NCBI GenBank assembly: GCA_951406725.2
Contig: OX597839.1
Location: 40,362,001 to 40,426,000 of the forward strand
DNA: 64,000 bases
DNA from: Octopus vulgaris
Taxonomy: Eukaryota
Direction: 5' to 3'
In this document: positions 27,470-40,760 of the stretch, piece after piece
Layout: each line of letters begins with the position of its first letter
Position numbering within the stretch: position 1 is the stretch's first letter
Made by a program: the position numbers and the translations under genes
The notes under the pieces: model-generated
The model's input: only the letters and a program-made list of their open reading frames with translations
Told to the model about the DNA's origin: nothing
Databases searched by the model: none

Positions 27470-28240
27470 TAACGGTCACAAGTATTCACCGTTTGAAGCA
27501 ATGCATTGGTCCAAACGTTTTCCCACTGTTCGAAGCAGTGGTGGAACTCTTCCGAAGTGATATCTTTTAATGGCAGTGTCGTTTCTTTTTTTGTTTTTCT
27601 TTCACCTCCTCCACATCTGTAAATTCTGTAGCACCAGCTTTCGTCACCAGTGATGACCTTCGATTAAAGGTCTGGATCAATTTCCAACTGAACACGCATT
27701 TACTCGTGACTGCTTTCGATCTTCTGTGAGCCAGCGGGGTAAAACTTTTGCTGCAAATCTTCATTGGCAGGAGCTCCAGGACACACCCATCATGTTAATA
27801 AGTTTGTCAATTTATCGGCGACGGTCCTCCAAGATCAGTTCATGAATTTTCAGGATGTTTTCATTCGTTCGGGAGGTCGACGGTCGCCCTGAATGAGGTT
27901 GGTCTTCAAGCGACAAGTAACCATTGCTAAAGCGTAAAACCTATTCGTAAACTTGTGTTTTGCTCATGGCAGCATCCTTGTAAGCTGTTTGAAGAATGAC
28001 AACAGTTTCGTCAGCTCTTTTCCCCAGCAGTAAAACAGAATTTCATAAAAGTACGCTGTTCCTTCGTTTCAGCCATCGCAAAAATAGACCAATGTGGGAG
28101 AAGCACAGGAAAACAAAGGTGCCACAATTTGCAGTACAATCTCACAGGACGACGCCGGTCAGTAGACTGTTGCCTGAGGGTCGCATCGAGTGGCTCCTGA
28201 ACTACAACGGGCTTGTCCCAGAGAGAACATTTTCGGTTAC
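27470..28240 (-). pseudogene. Internally deleted mariner transposase
   Basis: Minus strand: ETVVILQTAYKDAAMSKTQVYE, EDQPHSGRPSTSRT, then KVITGDESWCY fused directly to C-terminal FTDVEEVK...CFEQWE...DQCIASNGEY; stops and frameshifts. Confidence 0.9.
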
Positions 28241-28249
28241 TTTATATAT

Positions 28250-28437
28250 TCTTTCATTATTTTACTTGTTCCGGTCATTCGACTGCGGCCATGCCGGGGC
28301 ACCGCCTTTAGTCGAACAAATCGACCCCACTTATTCTTTATAAGCCTAGTACTTATTCTGTCGGTCTTTTTGCCGAACCCCTATGTTACAAGGACGTAAA
28401 TACACCAACATAAATTGTCAGGCGATGTTGGACACAA

Positions 28438-28507
<70 letters not shown>

Positions 28508-28660
28508 GACGGGCTACTTTCAGCTTCCGTCTACCAAATCCACTCACAAGGTTTTGGTCAGCCCGAGGCTATAGTAGAAAACACTTGCCCAAAGTGCCAC
28601 GCAGTGGGACTGAACCAGGGGCCATGTGGTCGGGAAGCCTGCTTCTTAGACCACGCAGCC
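28250..28660 (-). mobile_element. CORE-like SINE
   Basis: Family match along its length, internal (CA)n(TA)n. Confidence 0.85.
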
Positions 28661-29696
28661 ACTCGCTCACATATATAAAAGCATTGAAACATTCCTGCGT
28701 GTTGAACATTTGTATATTTGTTTTTGTTTACGCGGATGCCGCAAGCGACGCCTCATTAATTCAAATGCTAATTGAAAACATTCAACAAATCTTATCCTGG
28801 AAACAATGACGATAATGAATTCAATGCATACATCATTATATTCAAACGCAGGGAATCGTCAACTATCGTGTCACAGCATGGCCGCAGTCCGTTGCCAAAA
28901 ACCCATGTACGCTTGTTCATTTACAATAATTCGCCATTTGATGCGGTTTACAATACCACAATATTACAGTAATAAAAATAAACACCGCAATACGAGGCTT
29001 ATATTGTTGTTTCAGCAAATATAACGAGAGTATAAAATGTAATATCATTTAATGCGACGTTGCATAAATATAATACTCTTCTGTTTGTTTCTGTTTCATG
29101 GCGAATTTAACAAGGACTTAGCTGAAGCAAAGATTTACCTCCGAAATTAATTACTTTTCTAAATTCTAAATCCCTTTAAATGATTTTAAATTACATTCGA
29201 TATTGTTATAGTTTTGCTACGTTTGATCAATTTTCGTTGCCGATTACAGAAAAGAGATTGTTTGTTTCCGCCATCATACTTTCCTTACACCGACCCGCTC
29301 ACCAGGCAGCCAAGCAATCGTGTGTGGGAGGTAAGGCAAAGCAAAGCAGAAAGATGGTAAATTAATCCTCTAGATCTTGTATGACTTTGTTCTTAAGCAA
29401 GATTATTAATCTATCTATTTAGAAAGGCTTTGAGAATCCAGTTAAACCGGATAGTTAAAAGTGTATCGACGAAGTTTTCATTACGATCAATTGCGAGATT
29501 GATTCTTTTCTTGCGGCGGCCATATTGATTTTTAGGTAAATTTCTTTGGCAGCATTCACATGTTTATATTCTTCGTTCTATATTCCTATTTCCTACCGTC
29601 ACCACTCTTTTAATCTTTCTGTCCCTCAACTCCCACTTCGCGATTAATTGTACATATTTTTGATGACTGAGTGTAAACAGGTACTAATTTCCGCTC

Positions 29697-29728
<32 letters not shown>

Positions 29729-29732
<4 letters not shown>

Positions 29733-29889
29733 ATATTTCGGAATGGTCATTTTGCCAGTTAACCAATAAAAACACACGCACTACATATTTGGTGTTATTT
29801 TGCTTCAGTGTTATTTATTTTTTACATTAATCTTATTTCGTGTGTTTTTATTGGCTAAACTGGCAAAATGACCATTCCGAAATATAACA
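29729..29889. mobile_element. MITE with ~50-bp TIRs, TGT...ACA ends and ATAT flanks (Ginger-like signature)
   Basis: tgttatatttcggaatggtcattttgccagtt... is inverted at 29839-29889. Confidence 0.75.
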
Positions 29890-29946
29890 ATATCTGTTTC
29901 AACACACGACTTCACATAAAAAATCTTGCACAACAAATATTTAAAC

Positions 29947-30007
<61 letters not shown>

Positions 30008-30010
<3 letters not shown>

Positions 30011-30345
30011 TTTTACTTGTTTCAGTCATTTGACTGCAGTCATGCTAGGGCACCACTTTTAGTCGAGCAAATCGACCCCAGGACTTATCATTAGTAAGCC
30101 CAGTACTTATTCTATCGGTATCACTACGTTACGGGGATGTAAACATATCACTATCGGTTGTCAAGCGATGTTGGGGGACAAATGCAGACATACACATACA
30201 GACACACATACATATATACGACGGGCTTCTTTCAGTTTTCGTCTACCAAATCCACTCACAAGGCTTTGGTCGGCCCGACGCTATAGCAGAAGACACTTGC
30301 CCGAGGTGGTACGCAGTGGGACTGGACCCGGAACCATGTCTCTTG
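30008..30345 (-). mobile_element. CORE-like SINE
   Basis: Family match. Confidence 0.85.
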
Positions 30346-30364
30346 TCTGTTTGTAAATTCTCAC

Positions 30365-30428
<64 letters not shown>

Positions 30429-30492
30429 CACATATATATATATATGTATATATATATATGTGTATGTATATATATACACACACATATATATA

Positions 30493-30680
<188 letters not shown>

Positions 30681-30681
30681 C

Positions 30682-30731
<50 letters not shown>

Positions 30732-30972
30732 ACGTGGTAAGCCTGGCTGATGAGCTTTAAGTGTTCGTTCGATACAAAATCTGAAACCAATTGATACTCG
30801 GATATCTATACTTCTCTTTGTATTTTGCAAGTGAGAGGATTGTTTTGGAGAAATACATTTGCTATAATTTCCGTTCGTTTACATATGGTGATAGACGCGT
30901 GGTTTTGGAGAGTTTTAAATCTTCTTTGAAGCAAACAGGTACTTGTATCCTGCTTTTTTTTAATTATATATA

Positions 30973-31215
30973 CAGTAATACCTCGACTATCGCGAGTGCG
31001 AGTGTTACGTCCAAAAGCGCCCGCGATAGGTGAAAATCCGCGAAGTAGAAACAGTAATGTGCTGCATATTTTTTAGTATTTTTTTTTATAAATGGTATAT
31101 ATTTATTTTATTATAAATGCAAAACAAGAACACCGAAGAATCGACCTAAGCTTAAATAATAAACTACAATAAGTGAACCGCGCTAGATTAACCGCGATAT
31201 GGCGAGGGATTACTG
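30973..31215. mobile_element. Tigger/pogo-type MITE
   Basis: TA|CAGTAATACCTCG...CGAGGGATTACTG|TA. Confidence 0.85.
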
Positions 31216-31262
<47 letters not shown>

Positions 31263-31309
31263 TTGTATATATGCATATATATATGCACGTGTGTGTGTGT
31301 GTGTGTATA

Positions 31310-32001
31310 CAATAATCCCTCGCCATATCACGGTTCTCCTATCGCGGTTTATTATTTAAGCATACATCGACTCCTCCGTGGTGATGCTTTGCATTTACAA
31401 GATATATATATATATATACACACACACAAATTATGATAATATATACAAATTATAAAAATAATAATAATAATAATAATAAATATATAGGCGCAGGAGTGGC
31501 TGTGTGGTAAGTAGCTTGCTAATCCAACCACATGGTTCCGGGTTCAGTCCCACTGCATGACATCTTGGGCAAGTGTCTTCTGCTATAGCCCGGGCCGACC
31601 AAAGCCTTGTGAGTGGATTTGGTAGACGGAAACTGAAAGAAGCCTGTCGTATATATATGTATATATATATATATGTGTGTATGTGTTTGTGTGTGTGTTT
31701 GTCCCCCTAGCATTGCTTGACAACCGATACTGGTGTGTTTACGTCCCCGTCACTTAGCGGTTCGGCCAAAAGAGACCGATTGAATAAGTACTGGGCTTAC
31801 AATAGAATAAATCCCGGGGTCGATTTGCTCGACTAAAAGGCGGTGCTTCAGCATGGCCGCAGTCAAATGACTGAAACAAGTAAAAGAGTAAAAGAGTAAA
31901 AGAGTATACAGTACACTACTGTTTCTACTGTTTCTACTTCACGGATTTTCACCTATCGCGGGGGGGGGGCCGCAACACTCGCGATATTGGAGGGATAACT
32001 A
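31310..32001. mobile_element. Second copy of the same MITE, inverted and interrupted by a SINE
   Basis: caataatccctcgccatatc at 31310; ttctacttcacggattttcacctatcgcg at ~31930 is the reverse complement of 31021-31050. Confidence 0.7.
31487..31906 (+). mobile_element. Full-length CORE-like SINE
   Basis: ggcgcaggagtggctgtgtggtaag head, B-box gggttcagtccc, (AGTAAAAG)n 3' repeats. Confidence 0.95.
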
Positions 32002-33022
32002 TATATATATATATATGCATAGTTAACTCATTCTTCCATATCAATTCTCTTTCTCTTTCAGCCTTCTTCTTCTTCTTCTTCTCTTTTCCCCTTCAGTGCT
32101 GTAGTTCCTTTTTCCTTCCTTTATTTCTTTCCATCAATCTTTTGTCATTTTCACCAGTCTCAATATCCTCATTTACTCTACATTCATTAATTCACGTTAA
32201 ACATTGAAATCAAATCAATCAATTATTTTCTCTTTTTTTTTTTTCGTTTTTTTTTTGTACCTTTTAATTCTTTTTTTTTTTTTACTATTATTTTATTGTT
32301 TGCCATCAAAATGTTTCTCCTATCAAAATTTATATTCCTACCAAAAATATCCACACTCGAAGAATTCCTTTATGAATTTCCATCAATTCACTCTGAAAGG
32401 ATTCCTGATCGGCCATCGAGGAATTCTCCAGAACAACCAGAAAAATCTCGAATTTCACTGCGAAACTGCATAAAATTCCATTTCTTTTGGCCTCTGTGGG
32501 TTTCATTTATTGAGATTTGAGTGTGTAGATGCCAAGATATATGTGTATGTGTTTGTGTATATGTGCGCGTATGCGTGTGTGTGTGTGTGCTTTTGGGAGA
32601 GCGTATATGTGTGTTGTGCATGTATGTGTGTATGTATGCTCATGTGTGTGTTTATGCGTTTGAGCGTGTTCATTATTTTAGTATATTTTAGTAATTTATT
32701 CCTTGTTATTTTTGCAAAACACTGAAATGGAAGTCCTGTCCCTTTCTCTCTCTCTCTCATTCTCTTTCTCTCATTCTCTGTCTGTCTGTCTCTATATATC
32801 TATCTCGCTCTCTTTCTGTCTCTCTCTCTCTCTCTCTCAAACCGTATATACAGATATATGTATATACATGTATATGTATATACATGTATATGTATGTATA
32901 AACATATATGTAAAGATCTGTATATGAGTGTGTGTGTGTGTGTGTTTGTGTGTCTATTTAGAGATATTCATATGCTATCAGATACCACCACCACCACCAC
33001 CACCACTACCACCACAACCACT

Positions 33023-33053
<31 letters not shown>

Positions 33054-33140
33054 TCCTCACGATCATTTAAAACCTATAATCATCACTAGTATTGTTTCTA
33101 CTTTTAACATTTGATATTGAATTTTTGGTGGTATTGCTGT

Positions 33141-33147
33141 TATGATG

Positions 33148-33211
<64 letters not shown>

Positions 33212-33384
33212 TGACGATAATAATAATAATAATGATAATAATGATAATGATAATGATAATGATGATGATGATGGTGATGATGATGATCGTGATAATAATA
33301 ATAATAATAATAATGATAATAATAATAATGATAATGATGATGATGATGATGCTGATGATAATAATAATCATAATAATAATAATC

Positions 33385-33421
<37 letters not shown>

Positions 33422-33545
33422 TTGTGGTGGTGGTGATGATGATGATGATAATAATAATAATAATAATGATAATCATTATTATTATTATTGTTGTTGTTTT
33501 TGTTGTTGTTGTTGTTATTAGTATCTCATCATTATTATTGTTGTT
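33141..33545. repeat. Compound (AAT)/(GAT)/(GTT) microsatellite
   Basis: Direct inspection. Confidence 0.95.
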
Positions 33546-33897
33546 CTTGTTGCTTTCGTTATTGTTGTGTAGTTGTTGGTCACAAATTATTTTAGAATGC
33601 GTAGAAAATGGCGTTAGCGTCTGTATTTGATATGGAGCGGGGAGGAGGAGAGCTGAAACGGCATCCATTTATTCATTCGTTCGTTCATTTATTAGAAACG
33701 GTGAATTTATTGGATGTCAAGTTTTGGCGAATATAAAGCCATTATAATCACCCTTCGTGATCGACATCACCACCATCATTATCGACATGGTCGCTGTCAT
33801 TATCGACAAAAAACCTGAAGAGTAATCAACAACATTTTCAGTAAAATGTTATCCAGCATACCTGTTCGTATTAATATAATATAGTATACTAACTGGT

Positions 33898-34062
33898 ACT
33901 CCGTCGTTCACGACGAGGAGTGTTCCAGTTGATCCAATCAAAATAAACAGACTGCTTGTGAATTTAACGTTCACGTGGCTGAGCACTCCACAGACACGCG
34001 GAACCTTAACGTATTTCTCAGGGAGATTCAGTATGACACAGAATGTGACAAGGATGGCCCCT
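33898..34062 (-). mobile_element. SINE 3' domain fragment (family of 43765-44154)
   Basis: gtggctgagcactccacagacacg shared; a + strand fragment also lies at ~34940-35045. Confidence 0.8.
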
Positions 34063-34277
34063 TGCGCATAACACAATCGATATAACAATATTATTATTCT
34101 CGTCCATCACTTCATGCTTGTTATTTGATTTGTCACACACATGATATCGAAACGGCTGTAAAGAATGGAATTCTTCACTTGCGATTTTTGCATAAAATAT
34201 ACATATATATACGGATTGACAAACAGGCAGACAGGCGGACGGACTGACAGACAGAAAGACACACACAAACACAAACA
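34063..34277 (+). repeat. 215-bp dispersed direct duplication, copy 1
   Basis: Near-identical to 39911-40125 (offset 5848). Confidence 0.95.
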
Positions 34278-34300
34278 AACTCACGACCTTTTGTCGCCAT

Positions 34301-34514
34301 TTACTCTCTTTTACTCTTTTACTTGTTTCAGTCACTTGACTGCGGCCATGCTGGAGCACCGCCTTTAGTCGAGCAAATTGACCCCGGGACTTATTCTTTG
34401 TAAGCCCCGTACTTATTCTATCGGTCTCTTTTGCCGAACCACTAGGTGACGGGGACGTAAATACACCAGCATCGGTTGTCAAGCAATGCTAGGGGGACAA
34501 ACACAGACACAGAA

Positions 34515-34561
<47 letters not shown>

Positions 34562-34714
34562 TACGACAGGCTTCTTTCAGTTTCCGTCTACCAAATCCAC
34601 TCACAAGGCATTGGTCGGCCCGGGGCTATAGCAGAAGACACTTGCCCAAGATGCCACGCAGTGGGACTGAACCCGGAACCATGTGGTTGGTTAGCAAGCT
34701 ACTTACCACACAGC
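34301..34714 (-). mobile_element. CORE-like SINE, young
   Basis: Family match. Confidence 0.95.
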
Positions 34715-35264
34715 AATATTCTTTTTTAAATTTAGCGCATGCGCATTCTTTGTTTTTGGTTTTATCGACTACACAGTATGGCAGGATCGCTTGGCACTGC
34801 CTGTGATGACAGACATCATCATGACGAAATACAGTCTGTCAGAAATTTAGAAACAACATGCTGTACTGCCTGGCATTCGCACCGGAAGACCCAATACGAA
34901 CATTTCAGAATGTTTGAGGGTCAATCCTCAGATTCCCAGTGCAATCTGGAATGCTCAGCCACTTGTACGTTAATTTCAAGAGCAGGTTATTCCGTTGATC
35001 GGATCAGCTGGGACCTTCGTCGTCGTAACTGACGGAGTGCCACAATTGAATTTAATATTTTGCTTTGAATTTGTAAAGGTCAAAGCAAAAGATTAAATGC
35101 AATAAAACGAAAAATAACAGAAACTACTGCCACAATCCATCCATACCTAACAGGGAACACACCTGAATATGCACACCTGTTGGTGATATTAGTTTCTACA
35201 CAAACTTTCTGGCTGATGATATTTGCTCCTACGCAACTGTTTTCTTGTTATGAAGACCACAGAA

Positions 35265-35495
35265 GGCAGCGAACCGGCAGAATTTGTTAGCACACCGGAT
35301 GAAATACCCAGTGGCATTTCTTCCGGCTTTACGTTCTGAGTTCAAATTAATCCGAGGTAGACTTTGCTTTTCATCCTTTTTCGGGGTAGATATAATAAGT
35401 ACCATTTGAGCACTAGGAAGGGCGGGTGTACGTAAACTCGACAAGACATCTTTCTCCAAATTGAAAGCTTTTGTGACGACTATAGCAGAAAGAAA
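35265..35495 (+). mobile_element. Diverged Meta-like SINE (tail B)
   Basis: ggcagcgaaccggcagaatttgttagcac...tttcatcctttttcggggtagat. Confidence 0.75.
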
Positions 35496-36554
35496 TTATG
35501 AAGGCCGCAAGGTAAGACACGATAACAAGAGTGTGATGTTACTGACGTTTCTAGCAAATCGAAATGACTACATAGAAAATTCCCACTTCGGTTCATTGTA
35601 TCTGCAGTTTGTTGAAAGAGGAAGCAAGGAAGGAAGAAAGAAAGGAAGATAGGAAGGGGGGAGGAAAGAATGAAGGAAGGAAGAGAGAAGGGAGGGAGGA
35701 AAGAGGGCAACGATGAATGAAAGCTGTTTGCAACAGAACCTGTGTTCGTATCTATTGTTTGTGGGAACATGAGGAGAAAGAAGGAACGAAAGAACAAATG
35801 AAGGAGTGAAGGAAGGAAAGAGGGTGGAGAGGAGGACTGAATGAATGAATAAATGAAGGAAGGAAGGAAGGAAGGAATCAAAGCGGTTTGCAATAGAACC
35901 TTTAGGAAAATGGTTAGTTCAAGACTTCCCAAAATGCTGTAATATATAAAAGGAGTTATGACCAGGGAACCATCTAAATATGGATTTAGGTTGTAGAGCT
36001 CACCAACCATCCTCTTTCACCTCCTAATAATACCATCACCAACACCACCACTATCAACAACAACAGCAACAATACCACCACCACCACCACCACCACTACC
36101 ACCACCACCACCACCACCATCACCACTAACATCAACAACTATGCTCCCCCCACAGCTCCAACACCACTAGCTTTATATAGTTTTTCGTGGGGAAGTAACT
36201 CCGTTGGTATTTGAAAAGAAAAGTGATGAATGAATAGGTTGTTAAGAGCTTAAAAGCTTTCCTATAATAAATGCTTGACAATCGACAATGAATCACCTGC
36301 GGTGTAATGTACGCCATTTTGTTAACCCTCCATTTTCTCGTTCTCTCTCTCTCTCGCTCTGTTCATCAATCTTTCTCCTTTTCTTTCTGTCCCTCTCTCC
36401 TTCTCTCTCTCTCTTGTACTCTGTGTCTCTTTATGATTTTTTTCTCTCTCTCCACAGGAACAAAACCGTCACTGATCTGTTGAAAATGAAACTGGAGTAG
36501 GATTAGATGACATGACATGTAATGTTTTATAGGAGAGGGGGTGGGTGCTTAAGG

Positions 36555-37101
36555 GAAATAAAGAGAGGTGGAAGGAAAGAGTGAGAGAGAGAGAGAAAGA
36601 GTGAGAGAGAAGGGAGTGGAGAAGAGATTGAGACATATATAAAGATGGATAGAGGTAGATAGAGAGGGACTGTCTGAGAGAGTACTACGGAGATAGAAGC
36701 CTAAGAGAAAGAGAGAGAGACCGAGAGAGAGAGAGAGAAAGAGAGAGGGAAAAATAGAGAGACAGAGAGAGAGAAAGAGAGAGAAAGAGAGAGAGAAACA
36801 AGGAGCAGAGTGAAAGAGAGTAACAAGGATCAGAGAGAGAGAGAGTAATAAGGAGCAGAGAGAGAGAGAGAGAGAGAGAAGAGCAAGGAGCAGAGAGAGA
36901 CAGAAAAAGAGAAAGAGCAACAAGGTGCAGAGAGAGAAGGAGAAAGTGAGAGAAAGAGAGAGTAGGAAGGAGCAGAGAAAGAGATAGAAAGAAACACTAA
37001 GAGGAATACATATTAAGAAATATAGAGAAATTCAGAGATATTGGGATAAAGTGATAGAGAGGAACACGGTCAGAGAGAGAGGGGGAGGGAGAGAGAGGGA
37101 G

Positions 37102-37145
<44 letters not shown>

Positions 37146-38506
37146 AACCTGGATTTGAGAGACTCGGATGGAGAGAGGGGAAATGATGGTGAGAGGTTAA
37201 GAAAGAGAAGGAAAAGGATGGAGTGACAGAATGAGAGGATTTAAAAGAAGATAATGAAAACTGTGTTGAGGAGGAGGAGGAGGAGGAGATGGATGAACAG
37301 AGCATGGAAAGAGAGAGATGAAGAGTTTGAAAGAAAGAGAGAGAGTGAGAGAGTGACTGGGGAACAAAGAGTGAAAGAGAAACTTGAACAAAGAGAGAAG
37401 GGATTAAAAAAAGAGAGACTGGAGAACAAAGAGAGAGAGAATTAAAGAGAGAGAGAGAGAGAGACTACGGAAAAGGGGGAGACAGAGAGAAAGATAGAAA
37501 GAGAGAGAGACAGAAACTGGGGAAAAGAGAGAGAAAAGATTAAAGGGTTAATAAAAAAACAATTTGGTGAAAAGAACAGAAAAATGGAGAGAGAAAGATA
37601 CAAAGAGAATAGGAGACTGCAAGAAGGACTATGAGTGTATGTAAGAATGTATGTGACAGAGAGAGAGAGGGGGGAGCGGACAGAGAGAATGGGAGAAGAG
37701 GGGTAAGACGGGGGAAGAGAAAAGAAGGAATAGCTGTAAGGGAATGTCTGAAGGATAGAGAAAGAGAGAGAGAGACTAACGTTAGAGAGAATAACAGCGA
37801 GTGATCGGGACGCGAGGAGAAAGGAAGAGACGCAGAGAGAGAGAGAAGGAGAGAGAGAGAAGGAGAGAGAAAGAGAGAGAGAGAGAGAGAAGGAGAGAGA
37901 AATAGAGAGAGAGAATGAAAGACAAAGAGGGGGTGATGTGAAAATTAAAAGGAGATAATAGAAAAAGTTAGGAATCATGAAGAGAGAAATCGAGTTTAAG
38001 AGTGAGATAGATAGAGAGACAGAGAGAGAGAGAGAGGGAGAAGGAGAGAGACAGGCAGGCAGACAGACAGACAGACAGGCATACTGACAGACAGAGAGGG
38101 AGGGAGGGAGAGAAGCTGCTAAGTGAGAGAGATTCAGAAAGACTAAAAGTCAATGAGGAATTGCTGAGAGCAAGAAAGAGAGAAACAGAATAATAGTGAG
38201 AACAACAAAGAGAGAGAGAGAGAGAGAGAGAAGGAGAAAGATAGGAAGAAAGAGATTGAGCGGGAGGAGAAAAGAGAACGGAAGAGGGAGAGAAGAAAGT
38301 AGATAGAGACCGGGGGAGAGAGAGAAATAGGAAGAGAGAAAAAGAGAGAGATATAGGAAGAAAGAGTGAGAGAGAGAGAGGAAGGAAGGGCGAAAGAGAG
38401 ATATATAGGGAAAGAGAGAGAGAGAGAAAGAGAGATATATAGGAAGAGAGAGAGAGAGAGAGAGGAAGGGCGAAAGAGAGATATATAGGGAAAGAGAGAG
38501 AGAGAA

Positions 38507-38584
<78 letters not shown>

Positions 38585-38630
38585 AGACGGAGAAAGAGAG
38601 AAAGATGAAGGGTGAAGACAAGAGAAAAGG
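36555..38630. repeat. ~2-kb purine-rich (GA)-type low-complexity tract
   Basis: Strongly G/A-biased + strand; internal duplication ggaagggcgaaagagagatatataggg at ~38384 and ~38464. Confidence 0.9.
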
Positions 38631-38714
38631 GAACGAAATTAGAATGGACGGAATTCTCATAGCTTTCATAGCTTTCAGAGAAGGAAATGTATTCATATGG
38701 CAACAATTGATATC

Positions 38715-38758
38715 CAACAGCAACAACAACAACAACAACAACAACTACAACAACAATC

Positions 38759-38794
<36 letters not shown>

Positions 38795-38857
38795 TCAAAA
38801 GCAGCAACAAAGTCAATTTAATAATGCTAAGAATGAAAACAAGAACAATAATAACAC

Positions 38858-38914
<57 letters not shown>

Positions 38915-38949
38915 TAATAAAAATAATGATAATAAGTTTAATAATAATA

Positions 38950-38983
<34 letters not shown>

Positions 38984-39097
38984 GCTTAATAATAATAGTA
39001 GTAATAATAATAATAATAATAACATTAATAATAATAATAACAACAACAACAATAATAATAATAATAATAGTAATAATAATAATAATAAAAATAATAA

Positions 39098-39128
<31 letters not shown>

Positions 39129-39135
39129 AATAGTA

Positions 39136-39174
<39 letters not shown>

Positions 39175-39195
39175 GTAATAATAGCCGTGGTAATA
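38715..39195. repeat. (AAC)/(AAT)n microsatellite
   Basis: Direct inspection. Confidence 0.95.
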
Positions 39196-39910
39196 ATGGC
39201 CATTTCAGTTGAGTAGGCACATCAATAAGATTTCGTTCAGTCCAAAGCAGTTGTACGGCTAAACGCAGGTATTAATCTTCGCTATGACGAATGTCTTTAG
39301 CGTATTTATAAAGATGCCATCCACCATATAACTGCTGGTGAGAGCGAGAGAGAGAGAGAAAGAGAAAGAAAGAGAGAGAGAGATAGAATGAGAGAGGAAG
39401 AGAGCACACGGCATGGCTTCAACAAGATCAAACGACATCCTTATAGAAATTTTGGTCTATGGAACCATTAATGATGTGTAGGTACGTGTCGGGGTTGGTA
39501 CGAGACTTGCAGGGAGGAAAAAGAATTGAATTTCTAACAGAGAACTAGGTTTTGAGGGTTGTGTTCGATCTGTTGTTTTCAATGAGCTTGTGCATACGTT
39601 TATAAATGCATGTATATATATATGTGTATATATATATGTATATATTCTATTTGCCTGATGTTTTGGTCTACTAAGATCAAATATGTGAAGCCACAAGTTG
39701 TTACTGTTGCTGGCAAAGTTATGGAATAGTAAATATTTGAAGCAAGTATATTGTCATGTAGATTTAACACATGCGTGTATATGTGAGTGTAGCTGTGTCT
39801 GTTTATGTATGTATGTATGTATGTATGTATGTATGCATGTACGCTACGTGAAATGGGATCGGGGTATTCAAGCGTTATGACTAAATGGCTGAGGGACGAT
39901 CATTGTGTTA

Positions 39911-40125
39911 TGCGCATAACACAATCGATATAACAATATTATTATTCTCGTCCATCACTTCATGCTTGTTATTTGATTTGTCACCCACACGATATCGAAA
40001 CGGCTGTAAAGAATGGAATTCTTCACTTGCGATTTTAGCATAAAATATACATATATATACGGATTGACAAACAGGCAGACAGGCGGACGGACAGACAGAC
40101 AGAAAGACACACACAAACACAAACA
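39911..40125 (+). repeat. 215-bp dispersed direct duplication, copy 2
   Basis: Near-identical to 34063-34277; overlaps the 24-bp palindrome at 39902-39925. Confidence 0.95.
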
Positions 40126-40147
40126 GCATATATATATGAATGTCTGT

Positions 40148-40323
40148 AGCACAGGAGTGGTTGTGTGGTAAGTAGCTTGCTTACCAACCACATGGTTCCG
40201 GGTTCAGTCCCACTGCGTGGCACCTTGGGCAAGTGTCTTCTACTGTATCCTCGGGCCGACCAAAGCCTTGTGAGTGGATTTGGCAGACAGAAACTGAAAG
40301 AAGCCTGTCGTATATATATATAT

Positions 40324-40372
<49 letters not shown>

Positions 40373-40585
40373 ACACTACACTCACGGAGTGGTTGGTGTT
40401 AGGAAGGGCAAGCTCCATTTTTGTCATCTATGACTTTACATATATATATATATATATATATATGGCTCCAGGTTCAGTCCCACTGCGTGGCACCTTGGGC
40501 AAGTGTCTTCTACTATAGCCTCGGGCCGACCAAAGCCTTGTGAGTGGATTTGGTAGACAGAAACTGAAAGAAGTCCATCGTATAT
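40148..40585 (+). mobile_element. Two tandem 5' halves of the CORE-like SINE
   Basis: ggttcagtcccactgcgtggcaccttgggcaagtg at 40201 and 40471. Confidence 0.9.
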
Positions 40586-40760
40586 ATGTATGTGTGTGTG
40601 TGTGTGCGTGTATATTATAGTTAAGTATAGAATGAAAAATAGTTAGATGAAATATTTATATTTAACTTTACGTAAGCAGGTGGGTGTGAAACTTAATTTT
40701 ATATATCCAAATAGTTAGACAGGCACACACACGCACCAATATACATACATAGACATATAA

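Noticed and set aside
32340-32500. Possible minus-strand start MADQESFQSELMEIHKGILR
   Set aside because: Short, weak donor, no recognisable homology
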